DNA of 64,000 nucleotides from Atribacteria bacterium SCGC AAA255-G05 (GTDB lineage Bacteria; Atribacterota; Phoenicimicrobiia; Phoenicimicrobiales; Phoenicimicrobiaceae): NCBI GenBank assembly GCA_000405605.1, contig ASPA01000002.1, positions 16,998 to 80,997 of the forward strand, read 5' to 3'. Shown piece by piece: positions 31,381 to 40,909 of this stretch (position 1 is its first letter; each line of letters starts with the position of its first letter). The notes under the pieces were generated by a model. It saw only the letters and a program-made list of their open reading frames with translations, ran no database searches and was not told where the DNA came from. The position numbers and the translations under genes were made by a program.

Positions 31381-31590
31381 TTAATATACACCAATTGCTT
31401 CTTCTAACTTCCGATACACTTTTTCAGTTTCCTCACTCATACAAAAAGTTCGAAAATCGTTCTGTCTGGCCGACCATTTATAGATAGATGAATATTAGCC
31501 CTTTAGCATTTCGCCGAAGGGCTTTTTTATTTTCATAAATTATTTTTCTTAAAAAGAAGGATTTTTAAATAGACTTGTAGTATAAAGAAA
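31381..31590. repeat. R1 repeat copy A. It has a minus-strand mini-ORF (31381..31440, MSEETEKVYRKLEEAIGVY), a plus-strand terminator (GCCCTT…AAGGGC + T6, ~31497-31528) and an A/T-rich promoter-like tail.
   Basis: A 150-200 bp block is shared with four other copies (see findings). Confidence 0.7.
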
Positions 31591-31681
31591 ACAGTATGTT
31601 AAAAAAATAGGTAATTATGTTTTTCGTCCAAGCATAATATCTATTTTTCTACAATCACCTAAAAAAAAGAATATCGTAATC

Positions 31682-32265
31682 TGTATGAAGGTAACAGAAG
31701 AGATCTTTTCTTTTCACCATAAAAGAAAAGGAGCCGAAGAGGTAAGATACCACAAACATCCAAACTTTCAGGCAAAAGGACCGTTACCGGACAGAACTCT
31801 GGAGAGCTTTATACCAAAAAGCACCGAAGGGGCAATTCCTGATCTTTAGGAAAACTTATACAAATTTTACTAAAAAGAAATATTTCAATTTTTTGGGAAG
31901 AATCTTTCAGGTAAAAGGACAGAGCAAGAATAGCAATATAACTATTTTTACTCTGTCCTTTTTTATTTTTACGATGAACAGTCTATGCAAATACTTAAAA
32001 GTTGATAAAGGTAAACTATTCCGAAAGAATAGGGCGCAAAGTTATGGATCAAAATATTGTTTATTCTCAGACAATATTATGACCTCCAGACTGCTGGGTT
32101 TTTTGTGTGAGTGAATAGAAAGTAAAACTTAGGGAGGTATTGGATTATAAAAAATTAAGAAACATGTATTTAATATAATAAACCAGGGAAAAATAAATAA
32201 AAGGAGGTGATATCTTTTCTTTTGTTGCAATAATCTAAAATTGCATTTAAATATTATTTTAAAAA
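31682..32265 (+). ncRNA. R2 conserved leader copy A, upstream of the lipoprotein operon. It contains an internal rho-independent terminator at ~31914-31970.
   Basis: About 400 nt are ~85-90% identical to 36182..36560 and 43822..44200. The element has the hairpin 'cttttcttttcaccataaaagaaaag' and the terminator 'aaaggacagag…ctctgtccttttttattttt'. Confidence 0.5.
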
Positions 32266-32748
32266 ATGGAGGAAATTGTAGTGAAAAAAGTAAATTATTT
32301 AGTTTTCGCAGGATTACTACTTTGTATTCTTTTTTTGTTGACTGGTTGCACCGCACCTTCAATTGACTTAACTCCCGAGGAAGAGATAAATGCTCTAATT
32401 GATAAATTTGGCGCTGGCTTTGTAGAAGAGGATGTTAATAAAGTGCTCTCCTGCTGTCATTTTCCTTTCTTGATAGACCATTATAACTGGGAGAATGCTT
32501 ATCTATATACCTTAAGTTCTTATCAATATAAATTGGAGAATATGTTTGCCAATAATGATTGTTATATTGATGAATTTATCAATCGAGATATAACTTTTTC
32601 CAGCAATTTAGAAGCCGTAGTGGAAGCGACTGAACATGTTGAATATGAACTTGATCCCATAATAAAATATGATAAGGTCCGCTTAATTTGTATCAAGGAA
32701 GGTGGAAGTTGGAAAATATCCGAATATATATTTCTTGAGGGAGAATAA
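32266..32748 (+). CDS. Lipoprotein (NTF2/SnoaL-like fold suspected).
   Basis: Lipobox 'LLTGC'. Ribosome-binding site 'aaaaaATGGAGG'. 160 aa. Confidence 0.55.
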   Translation: MEEIVVKKVNYLVFAGLLLCILFLLTGCTAPSIDLTPEEEINALIDKFGAGFVEEDVNKVLSCCHFPFLIDHYNWENAYLYTLSSYQYKLENMFANNDCYIDEFINRDITFSSNLEAVVEATEHVEYELDPIIKYDKVRLICIKEGGSWKISEYIFLEGE

Positions 32749-32871
32749 TCCTAATTCTTAGCCGTATTAGTCAAATATTTAGATTTAGTTCAAATCACGA
32801 ACCAGTTTATAAAAATATCAAACTTATTAAACTATTTAAAAATTAAAAAATTTAAAAGGAGTGATTAGAAA

Positions 32872-33390
32872 ATGATGAAAGCAAAAAGAACATGGATAGT
32901 ATTATTTATTATTGCATTAACTTTAATAGTAATTTTAGCTGGGTGTAGCGGAGTACCTAAAATAGCCCAGTTAGGTATAGTTGCCGATCCAAACCCAGTA
33001 CCTTGTTCCAGTGAAGACGGGAAATGGTATTATATGATGAATATTAGCGAAAGCAATGGGGTAGGGGTTACCATAGCCAGCTTAACTTTCACTAATTACA
33101 ACCAAGAAAATGAGTTAGCAGATACAACAATTCTTGATGCAGAAGAATTTTTTGAATGGTTTGAAACAGATTATATTCCCGCTTTTTCCACAATCCAGAA
33201 TGGAATTGAGCATTCAGGTACATCCGTATATTCTATTGTAAGAGTCGCAGGAATAGATGATAACGATAATCCGGTTGAAGCAACAATTAGATGTAAATGG
33301 CAAGTAGAAATGCACCTTGCGCGGAAAACAATTTTGCACCTCCTAGAAAGAAAAAAATGGCTTAATCCTCCTCTTCTTTTTGGATTCTAA
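32872..33390 (+). CDS. Lipoprotein of the 'DPNPVPCSSEDG' paralog family, with its C-terminus disrupted by an IS21 insertion after codon ~140.
   Basis: Lipobox 'LAGCSG'. It is a paralog of 44385..44825 and 45033..45500. The native C-terminus '…IR|IDYLPE*' resumes at 35765..35788. Confidence 0.6.
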   Translation: MMKAKRTWIVLFIIALTLIVILAGCSGVPKIAQLGIVADPNPVPCSSEDGKWYYMMNISESNGVGVTIASLTFTNYNQENELADTTILDAEEFFEWFETDYIPAFSTIQNGIEHSGTSVYSIVRVAGIDDNDNPVEATIRCKWQVEMHLARKTILHLLERKKWLNPPLLFGF

Positions 33391-34102
33391 ATGATTCTCC
33401 ACTTAAATTAAATACTTTGGAATGATGGAGCAACCGGTCTAGCATGGCTACGGTCATCACTTCATCACCCATCATTTCCGCCCACTCATCAAATCTTTTA
33501 TTAGAAGTGATAATGACAGATGCCTTCTCATAAAGCTCACTTATCAGATTAAAAAATAGATTAGCCTCCTTTCTCTCTATTGGCGTGTAGCCTATCTCAT
33601 CGATAATCATCAGATCCGCTTTTAAGATACGGTTCACTCTAAAGCCCGCCTTACGCTGAATATCGGCCATCTTTAACAGCTTAATAAGGGAGGCCACCCG
33701 TTCAAAGCATACCGTGTAGCCTGCCTGTATAGCCTTTAGTCCAAGGGCTATGGATAGATGCGTTTTCCCCAGGCCAGGTGGTCCAAAAAACAATAGGTTG
33801 GTATGATTATCCAGCCATAGGAAATCCAGAAGAGCCGATAGATCTGATTTTGTGATGCCTTTTACTCTAGCAAATTGGAAATTATCCAGGTCTTTTTCTA
33901 CCGGAAAATGGGCTCCTGCCAGATTCCGTTTAAGCTTTCTTTCTGTCCGGTAATCTATCTCTGCCTTTAAAAGAAGGTCCAAGAAACTCAAATAGGATAT
34001 TTTCTTTTCTTCGGCCTCAGTTATCTCATTATCCAGATTAGGGATCATTCCTTTCAGCTTTAAGTTTTCCAGTAGGCTGACTATCTGCTGATATTTTTTC
34101 AT
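33362..34102 (-). CDS. istB: IS21 helper ATPase IstB.
   Basis: Walker A 'GPPGLGKTHL' and DnaC-like AAA+ fold. Overlaps the istA stop codon. Confidence 0.9.
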   Translation of the reverse strand: MKKYQQIVSLLENLKLKGMIPNLDNEITEAEEKKISYLSFLDLLLKAEIDYRTERKLKRNLAGAHFPVEKDLDNFQFARVKGITKSDLSALLDFLWLDNHTNLLFFGPPGLGKTHLSIALGLKAIQAGYTVCFERVASLIKLLKMADIQRKAGFRVNRILKADLMIIDEIGYTPIERKEANLFFNLISELYEKASVIITSNKRFDEWAEMMGDEVMTVAMLDRLLHHSKVFNLSGESFRIQKEEED

Positions 34103-35649
34103 GGCCGGACCTCCGAGGCATTTACCAGAGCACGGTAAACTCCGATATCTCTCTTTTCTACTTGAAATTCCTTCTTCTCCCGGGGGATACCCCTTAAGTT
34201 ACAGACAATTTTTACCCTTGGTAGTGCTAATTCGGCTTCCTGTTGGTAATACTGATAAGTATCGTATAGATTTGCCATAGAGTAAGTCCGGTTTTCCAGA
34301 CATAGAGCTATAGCCTGTCCTAGATGCTCTTTTTCTATTCCCTGGGAGAATTTCTTTAGTGCATCATGATACTGATCCCGGAAATAGCGGGTATACATTT
34401 GAAAGTTTTTATCTACAAATTCACTCCAGCTATCTAAGGCAAAAAGTCTCTTTAGCTCCTCTTTTAATTGCTTCTGGTTAAGCTCTTTATGGTGGCATCG
34501 GGCCCGGTTGGCTATCCGGCTTCCCGGAATAGGAGATATAGTATGTTCTGCTATCTTTTCTCCGGTACGGATGTCGTAGATAAAAAGTCTTTCTGCGGTT
34601 TTATAGATATCTACTTCCCGCTCCCGGTATTCCAAGGGGACCGGATACTTACAAGAATTCACCGATATCTCGCCTGTAATATCTGCTTTCCGCCTCTCTC
34701 TGGCATTTAAGTTATCTTTCCGGTAAAGGGAATTTTTCAAAGTCCTTAAATAGGCCTTCTCTTCGCTAAACATTTCTTGAGGGATACGCCGGGTGGCCAG
34801 TGAAATCTTGCCATTGGCCCGCCGGTTCAACCATCTTAACAGCCTTTCCTTAGCCTCTTCAATGTTTTCAAAATCTCTTATCTTTAAAAAGTTTCTCTTC
34901 ACAAACTTAATCAGATTCTCTATCTTCCCTTTGCTCTCCGGGTCATTCTTCCGGCAGACATACATCTTTAAACACATTTCTTCTATAAACTGCTTAAAAT
35001 CCTTAGTATAGATGATATCTCCCCGGTTTTCACTTACTACCATCACCTTATCCTGGTCTATTACTATTTCTTCGGGTATTCCCTCTATATACTCAAAACA
35101 ATCCAGGAGATGATTGATTAAATCCAGAGTAGTAAAGGGTCTATCCTGCAGGGCAGCGTATTTGTAGCGGCTGGCAGATAAAACCGCTGCAAAGATATAG
35201 AGCTTTAAGCCACTTCTAGTACGGTATTCTCCGAAATCAATCTGCAGCTGCTTGCCGTAGGGAAGTTCTGCCACCGGAGAATATATCCGCTTATTGCCAT
35301 TTAATTTCAGCTGTTCTGTCTCTAGCAGGAAACTAATATAGCTGCGGAAACTCCTCTCCGTACCCGGCAAAGACCCTAATTTCTCTTCAAGATAATCATA
35401 CACTGCCGATTTTTCCAGGTTTTGAAAATTATTTACCTGGTATAGATCAAGAATAGGGGACAGGTAAGTCTCAAATAACTTGCTCCGATATCTCACTTTT
35501 TCTATATAGCGAGCGTATTTTTTCTCTGACATATCGTAATATTTAAAGACTGTCCGCTTGTTTAATCCGGTTTCTCTTACAATGTCTGCTTTGGTAAATC
35601 CTCTTCTCTTAAAATGCTGAATCTTTTGATACATAATCTTGTTAACCAT
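34099..35649 (-). CDS. istA: IS21 transposase IstA.
   Basis: N-terminal helix-turn-helix, DDE integrase core and the 'KGKIENLIKFVKRNF' motif. Confidence 0.9.
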   Translation of the reverse strand: MVNKIMYQKIQHFKRRGFTKADIVRETGLNKRTVFKYYDMSEKKYARYIEKVRYRSKLFETYLSPILDLYQVNNFQNLEKSAVYDYLEEKLGSLPGTERSFRSYISFLLETEQLKLNGNKRIYSPVAELPYGKQLQIDFGEYRTRSGLKLYIFAAVLSASRYKYAALQDRPFTTLDLINHLLDCFEYIEGIPEEIVIDQDKVMVVSENRGDIIYTKDFKQFIEEMCLKMYVCRKNDPESKGKIENLIKFVKRNFLKIRDFENIEEAKERLLRWLNRRANGKISLATRRIPQEMFSEEKAYLRTLKNSLYRKDNLNARERRKADITGEISVNSCKYPVPLEYREREVDIYKTAERLFIYDIRTGEKIAEHTISPIPGSRIANRARCHHKELNQKQLKEELKRLFALDSWSEFVDKNFQMYTRYFRDQYHDALKKFSQGIEKEHLGQAIALCLENRTYSMANLYDTYQYYQQEAELALPRVKIVCNLRGIPREKKEFQVEKRDIGVYRALVNASEVRP

Positions 35650-35932
35650 AGATCAGTCCTTTCCTTATAGTAATGATTCTTATTCATACTATAGTAAAGA
35701 ACTGTTTGTCTTAAAAGGTGCATTTTTATTTTCCACCTTAGGTGCATTTTAGTTTACCATTTCCATTAGAATAGATTATCTTCCTGAGTAGAATTATATA
35801 ACTATAATAGAACAAAAAACATTACTTTAATAAGAGGGGCACTTCGGTGTCCCTTTTTGCATTCTGAACCTATTTAATAGGAAGTATGGGTTAATTAAAA
35901 AAGGTAAGACTTATTTTAATAGTCATTCTGTT

Positions 35933-36130
35933 TTATAATTTCCAACAGATCCCAATTAATTCTTCTAACCTTTGACACACTTTTTCAGTTTCATCACTCA
36001 TGCAAAAAGTTCGAAAATCGTTCTGTTTGGCCGACCATTAATAGATAGATGAATATTAGCCTTTTGGCATTTGCTGAAGGGCTTTTTTGTTTTTTTGAAT
36101 TATTTTATAGAAAAAGAAGGATTTTTGAAT
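35933..36130. repeat. R1 repeat copy B, with a minus-strand mini-ORF (35933..36001, MSDETEKVCQRLEELIGICWKL) and a plus-strand terminator.
   Basis: Homologous to copies A, C and D. Confidence 0.7.
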
Positions 36131-36181
36131 AGACTTGTAGTATAAAGATAATAATGTGTTAAAAAAAATTAAATATCGTAA

Positions 36182-36745
36182 CCTGTATGAAAGTAACGGG
36201 AGAGACCTTTTCTTTCCATCATAAAAGAAAAGGAGCCGAAGAGGAAAGATGTCAAAAGTATCCAAACTTTCAGGCCAAAGGACCGTTACCGGACAGAACT
36301 CTGGAGAGCTTTATATTAAAAAGCACCGAAGGGGCAATTCCTACTCTTTAAGAAAACCCATACAGAGTTTACTAAAAGAACTATCTCCTAATTTCTTAGG
36401 AAGAATCTTTCAGGTAAAAGGACAGAGCAAGCAAGTAATATAACTATTCTTATTTTGTCCTTTTTATTTTTATGTTGAACAGTCTATGCAAATACTTAAA
36501 AGTTGATAAAGGTAAACTATTCCGAAAGGATAGAGAACAAGGTTATGGATCTAAGAATAGGTTAAGGTGAAATAAATTAAGTGTACTGCTGAGAGGATTA
36601 AAAAATAAAAAAGGAAGGAGTGATTGATAGGATAATATAAAAAATACAAATAAATTATTAATTTCGACTTTTATTTAAAATTTGTTACAGACTAAAGGCA
36701 TAGATTGCTTTTTTAATAAAATAATTAAAAAGGAGTTATTTAAAA
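36182..36745 (+). ncRNA. R2 conserved leader copy B. It has an internal terminator at ~36415-36472 and runs up to the DUF1566 lipoprotein gene.
   Basis: Nearly collinear with 43822..44384 over its whole ~560 nt length. Confidence 0.5.
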
Positions 36746-37333
36746 ATGTTTAAGAAAAAGTATTTGTTATTTTTTGGCCTGCTCATCATAGTGGTTTTTC
36801 TGATACCCGGTTGTGGGTCACCTATTCCACCGATCACCTACACGGTTGGTGATACTGGTCCTGCGGGAGGATATATCTTCTACGACAAAGGATATTACTC
36901 TTCTGGCTGGCGGTATTTAGAAGCCGCCCCTAGCGATCAGAGCACGGGGATACAATGGTACAATGGCAACTATGTGGTAACAGGTGCAATAGGTACCGCG
37001 ATAGGTACCGGCCAGTCTAATACGACAGCCATAGTAACTATACAAGGGGTAGGAAGCTATGCAGCACAGTTATGCAATGACCTAATAGTAGGTGGTTATA
37101 ACGACTGGTTTTTACCCTCGAAAGATGAATTCGATCTGATCTATGAAAACCTTTACCTCGCCGGAGTTGGTGGTTTTTTTGGTGACTGGGAATCCTACAC
37201 CTTTGAATCCTATCATAGTTCGTCTGAGCAAGATATAAACAACGCGTGGTACCAGGTCTTTCCCAATGGCTATCAGGACTACTGCGATAAATCCATCAGC
37301 GATAGTCGGGTTCGTGCTGTTCGGGCTTTTTAA
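36746..37333 (+). CDS. DUF1566-family lipoprotein (Lcl/C-type-lectin-like fold).
   Basis: Lipobox 'IPGCGS'. 'GGYNDWFLPSKDEFDLIY' and the C-terminal 'RVRAVRAF' are DUF1566 hallmarks. Ribosome-binding site AAAGGAG. Confidence 0.7.
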   Translation: MFKKKYLLFFGLLIIVVFLIPGCGSPIPPITYTVGDTGPAGGYIFYDKGYYSSGWRYLEAAPSDQSTGIQWYNGNYVVTGAIGTAIGTGQSNTTAIVTIQGVGSYAAQLCNDLIVGGYNDWFLPSKDEFDLIYENLYLAGVGGFFGDWESYTFESYHSSSEQDINNAWYQVFPNGYQDYCDKSISDSRVRAVRAF

Positions 37334-37449
37334 CTATTTATCAATTTAACCATTAAATGGGTGCAGTGGGTGCAAGCCACCTACCAGAGAATTTTTTATG
37401 GCTCTTTGCTATGATCTGCCAGTCTTCAAACAAGGTGAAATGGGAGCCA

Positions 37450-37492
37450 AGAAAATCAAAAGGCAGGACTTCATAATTGAAGTGTCTGCCTT
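37450..37492 (+). terminator. Rho-independent terminator after the DUF1566 gene.
   Basis: 'ggcaggacttca-taat-tgaagtgtctgcc' followed by TTTTTT. Confidence 0.55.
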
Positions 37493-37502
37493 TTTTAAAT
37501 TC

Positions 37503-37690
37503 TTAACAGATGCCAATTAATTCTTCTAACTTCTGATACAATTTTTCAGTTTCCTCACTCATGCAAAAAGTTCGAAAATCGTCCTGTCTGGCCGACCATT
37601 TATAGATAGATGAATATTAGCCCTTTGGCCTTTTGCTGAAGGGCTTTTTATTTTAAAAAAGAAGGATTTTGAAAAGATTTGTCGTAGTAT
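37503..37690. repeat. R1 repeat copy C, with a minus-strand mini-ORF (37503..37562, MSEETEKLYQKLEELIGIC) and a plus-strand terminator.
   Basis: Homologous to copies A, B and D. Confidence 0.7.
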
Positions 37691-37836
37691 TTAATTGGAA
37701 GAAGTTTGGCATATTAACTTAATTATTATATTCCAATAATTAAGTTGCGATAATATTTATATGTACTAAGTTCGAGTAGTGTTTACACTTCACTTAAAAT
37801 AAAAGTGGTCATGCATGTGATCTTTCCTATAGAATA

Positions 37837-38603
37837 TTGATAACCATAATATCCAAAATAGGAAGGAGAACAGCACACATGACCAAAGATGATCGTATTT
37901 CTAGTTACAAATACAGTGTACTGCAACATGCACGGAAACACAATAATGTTACTTATAGCTGTAGAGAATTTAATATATCCAGAACTGTCTACTACAAGTG
38001 GTTAAAAAGATTTAGTCAGTTAGGCTATCTGGGGTTACAAGATAAGGTAAAAAGAAAGCCCAAGATGCCTAACCAGATAAAACTGGATAAAGAACAGATC
38101 ATTCTCAATTACATCATAGATTACCCTACTCATGGACCGAAAAGGATTGCCAATGAATTAAGACAGCAAAATATCATGATTAGTGACACTGGAGTATATA
38201 AGGTATTATACCGAAAACAATTAAATCGCCGTCTTGATCGGCTCTTTTTCGCCCAAGAAAAATCCGATAATCCGGTGGTCACCGAAAGGTATCTAAGAGA
38301 GATGGAAAAGAGACAAAAGGTACATATCAGTGCCTATTATCCCGGTTATCTCTTCTGTCAGGATACCTTTTATGTCGGTACCATTAAAGGACTGGGAAGA
38401 ATCTACTAACAAACCGGTATGGATGCTTATGCGGGCTTTGGTTTTGCCAAGGTCTATACCGATAAGATGGCCATAAGTTCGATTGATTTCCTGGAAACAA
38501 AAGTACTACCAGTATACAAAGGATTTAATATACCTCTTGATAGGATCTTAACCGATAATGGCAAGGAATATACCACTCATTGGGTAAACGGTAAACACGA
38601 GTA
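37837..38603 (+). pseudogene. IS481-family transposase, N-terminal and central part. It carries an in-frame TAA at 38410-38412 and is then truncated by the IS21 insertion.
   Basis: Helix-turn-helix region and start of the integrase core ('DNGKEY'). '…GLGRIY*QTGMDAYAGF' shows the nonsense codon. Confidence 0.6.
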
Positions 38604-38715
38604 CCTCAAAGCTATAATAAATTCCAGAGGTAACGCCAGAGAAAATTCCATAGTTATATCTATAAAATAATCCCTCCCTTTAAGTTATAATTTTAACTTA
38701 AAGGGAGGTAAAAAA

Positions 38716-40113
38716 ATGATAGGAGTAGCGATGTATATAACTATTAAATCACTTTGGGAAAGGCATAAGAATAAATCGATGATTGCCAGGCTTACCGGCC
38801 ATGACTGGAAGACAGTGGCTCAAAAGATAAAAGAGATAGAGGCGGGGACGGAATGTCCTAAAAAGAAACCCCATCCCCGGGTATTGGATGACCATAAGGA
38901 GGAGATCTTGGAATGGTTAGAAGAAAATCTCTCCGGGGTAAGGATACACGAAAAGATACAAGAAGAAGGAGTAAAGGTGGGATACTCTACGGTAAAGGAT
39001 TATATTTGCCAAATCAAGAAAAGAGAAAATATCTTTATCCGCATGCATACCCTCCCGGCAGAGGAAGCCCAGGTTGATTTCGGCTATCTCGGCTATAAGG
39101 GCAAAAAGAGAAAGACCTGGGTCTTTAATATGCGCCTGTCTTACTCCCGCTTAGACTATTATGAGATAGTCTATGACCAGAGGGTAGAGACCTTTATCCA
39201 AGGTCATATCAATGCCTTTGATTATTTCGGTGGCATACCCCAATATGTCAAGATGGATAATCTAAAATCAGCTATCCTGCAGGCCAACTTCTATGAACCC
39301 ATCTATCAGGAACTGTATAAAAACTTTGCCTCTTGCTATGGCTTTCACCCTCTGCCCTGTAGGATTAGAAAACCTAACGATAAGGGGAAAGTAGAATCAG
39401 GGATAAAATACGTGAAGCATAATTTCTTCTTGGGCCGTAAATTTAGCGGTGAAAAAGACCTGAAAGAAAGATTATTTAGATGGTATACCAGGGCTAACCA
39501 GCGGATCCATGGCACCACCAGAAAGGTCCCTCAAGAGGTATTCGAAAAAGAAGAGAAGGCAAAGCTTATTCCCCTCCCTCAAGAAGAATTTAAATTAGCA
39601 AAAGTAGGTACCCGTAAAGTCTACCATGATTGTCACATCTATGTAGACTATAATTACTATTCAGTCCCTTTCGAATACGTAGGTAAGGAGGTAGAGATAG
39701 AACTGACCAGGAATTTATTAAAAGTTTATCATCAGGGAAAAGAGATTGCCCTTCATCCCCGTCTTTCCGGTAGGGGTAGGTTTGCTACCAATAACAGTCA
39801 TTATCCGGCCTACAAGAGATATTCTGATACCGAATATCAAGAGAAGTATCAGGCCAAGATGGCTCATCTCGGAACCTACACCGAGCAGTTATTCTTCCTG
39901 GTCATAAAAGAGCATCCCCGGGATTGGGGTAGAACCGTACAGGGGATACTCTCATTAGAAAAGAACTATCCGGATGAAGTGATTGAAGCAGCCTGCAGAA
40001 GAGCACTCTCTTTTGGAGTAACCAGATATTCGGTAATCAAGAATATCTGCCATAACGGAAGTTACCTTATGCCGGTGGAATTCGAAAAGGAGGCCGCCTA
40101 TGCAACTGGTTAG
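38716..40113 (+). CDS. istA: IS21 transposase IstA.
   Basis: DDE core and 'KGKVESGIKYVKHNFF'. 465 aa. It is only distantly related to the IstA of IS21 #1. Confidence 0.9.
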   Translation: MIGVAMYITIKSLWERHKNKSMIARLTGHDWKTVAQKIKEIEAGTECPKKKPHPRVLDDHKEEILEWLEENLSGVRIHEKIQEEGVKVGYSTVKDYICQIKKRENIFIRMHTLPAEEAQVDFGYLGYKGKKRKTWVFNMRLSYSRLDYYEIVYDQRVETFIQGHINAFDYFGGIPQYVKMDNLKSAILQANFYEPIYQELYKNFASCYGFHPLPCRIRKPNDKGKVESGIKYVKHNFFLGRKFSGEKDLKERLFRWYTRANQRIHGTTRKVPQEVFEKEEKAKLIPLPQEEFKLAKVGTRKVYHDCHIYVDYNYYSVPFEYVGKEVEIELTRNLLKVYHQGKEIALHPRLSGRGRFATNNSHYPAYKRYSDTEYQEKYQAKMAHLGTYTEQLFFLVIKEHPRDWGRTVQGILSLEKNYPDEVIEAACRRALSFGVTRYSVIKNICHNGSYLMPVEFEKEAAYATG

Positions 40114-40843
40114 GAAAAGATTAAGAAATTTCAAGCTCTCCGGAATCTACAATAACCTGGAGGAAAGAGTAAGCTACGCTAAGGAAAAGTCTTTATCTTA
40201 TCCTGAATTCTTAGGGCTTCTCCTAGAAGATGAAGAGAGCAACCGGAGGACCAACAGCTACAAAAAGAGGTATTCCAGAGCCAAGTTGCCGGCTTACAAA
40301 AACATCGAGGACTTTGATTTTTCTTTCCAGCCTTCTATTGATAAACGCATGATTAATGATTGCCTTACCTGTAACTTTATTACCGAGAAGAGAAACATCG
40401 TCTTTATCGGTAATCCGGGTACCGGGAAGTCTCACCTTTCCATCTCTATTGCTATTAAGGCTCTAATGAAAGGATACAAGGTGTTGTTTACCCCGGTATC
40501 AGAGATGTTACACAATCTAAATGCTGCCAAAGCAGATAACACCTATTATCAGAAGGTAGACTATTACTTAAAACCAGATCTTTTGATCCTGGATGAATTG
40601 GGGTTTAAAAGGCTGCCCGGATACAGTGCTGATGACTTCTTTGAGATCATCTCTAAAAGGTATGAAAAGGGATCGGTTATTATTACTACCAATAAAACTT
40701 TTGAACAATGGGGAGATATCTTTACCGATAATATCTTGGCCTCAGCCATACTGGATCGCGTGGTGCATTATTCCACCATCATCAAGATTAATGGACCCAG
40801 TTTCCGGGCAAAAGCTCTCAGGAAGGGAGGAGATAAGTTCTAA
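40100..40843 (+). CDS. istB: IS21 helper ATPase IstB.
   Basis: Walker A 'GNPGTGKSHL'. Overlaps the istA stop codon. Confidence 0.9.
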   Translation: MQLVRKRLRNFKLSGIYNNLEERVSYAKEKSLSYPEFLGLLLEDEESNRRTNSYKKRYSRAKLPAYKNIEDFDFSFQPSIDKRMINDCLTCNFITEKRNIVFIGNPGTGKSHLSISIAIKALMKGYKVLFTPVSEMLHNLNAAKADNTYYQKVDYYLKPDLLILDELGFKRLPGYSADDFFEIISKRYEKGSVIITTNKTFEQWGDIFTDNILASAILDRVVHYSTIIKINGPSFRAKALRKGGDKF

Positions 40844-40909
40844 TATTTTTTGTTTTACAACTATGGAAAAAAGTCCGGCTTTTACTCTGGAATTTTGCTT
40901 GACTTTGAG

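Larger units (their letters stand above)
33292..35764 (-). mobile_element. IS21-family insertion sequence #1 (istA-istB), flanked by the 6-bp target-site duplication ATTAGA.
   Basis: ATTAGA lies at 33286-33291 and again at 35765-35770. Imperfect terminal repeats 'tgtaaatggcaagtagaaatgcacc' and 'ggtgcattttagtttaccatttcc' with reiterated 'aggtgca' motifs. The IS interrupts a lipoprotein gene in frame. Confidence 0.8.
38605..40909 (+). mobile_element. IS21-family insertion sequence #2, nested in the IS481 transposase gene, with the 5-bp target-site duplication GAGTA.
   Basis: GAGTA lies at 38599-38603 and again at 40910-40914. Terminal inverted repeats 'ctcaaagctataataaattccagag…' and the reverse complement of '…ctctggaattttgcttgactttgag' (CTCAAAG…AATTCCAGAG shared). 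Confidence 0.8.

Noticed and set aside
36249-36443. 64-aa ORF inside the R2 leader (and 31893..32114 in copy A)
   Set aside because: The two ORFs are not conserved in frame or in sequence between the three leader copies. Copy C has no equivalent ORF. The nucleotide-level conservation points to RNA or regulatory function.
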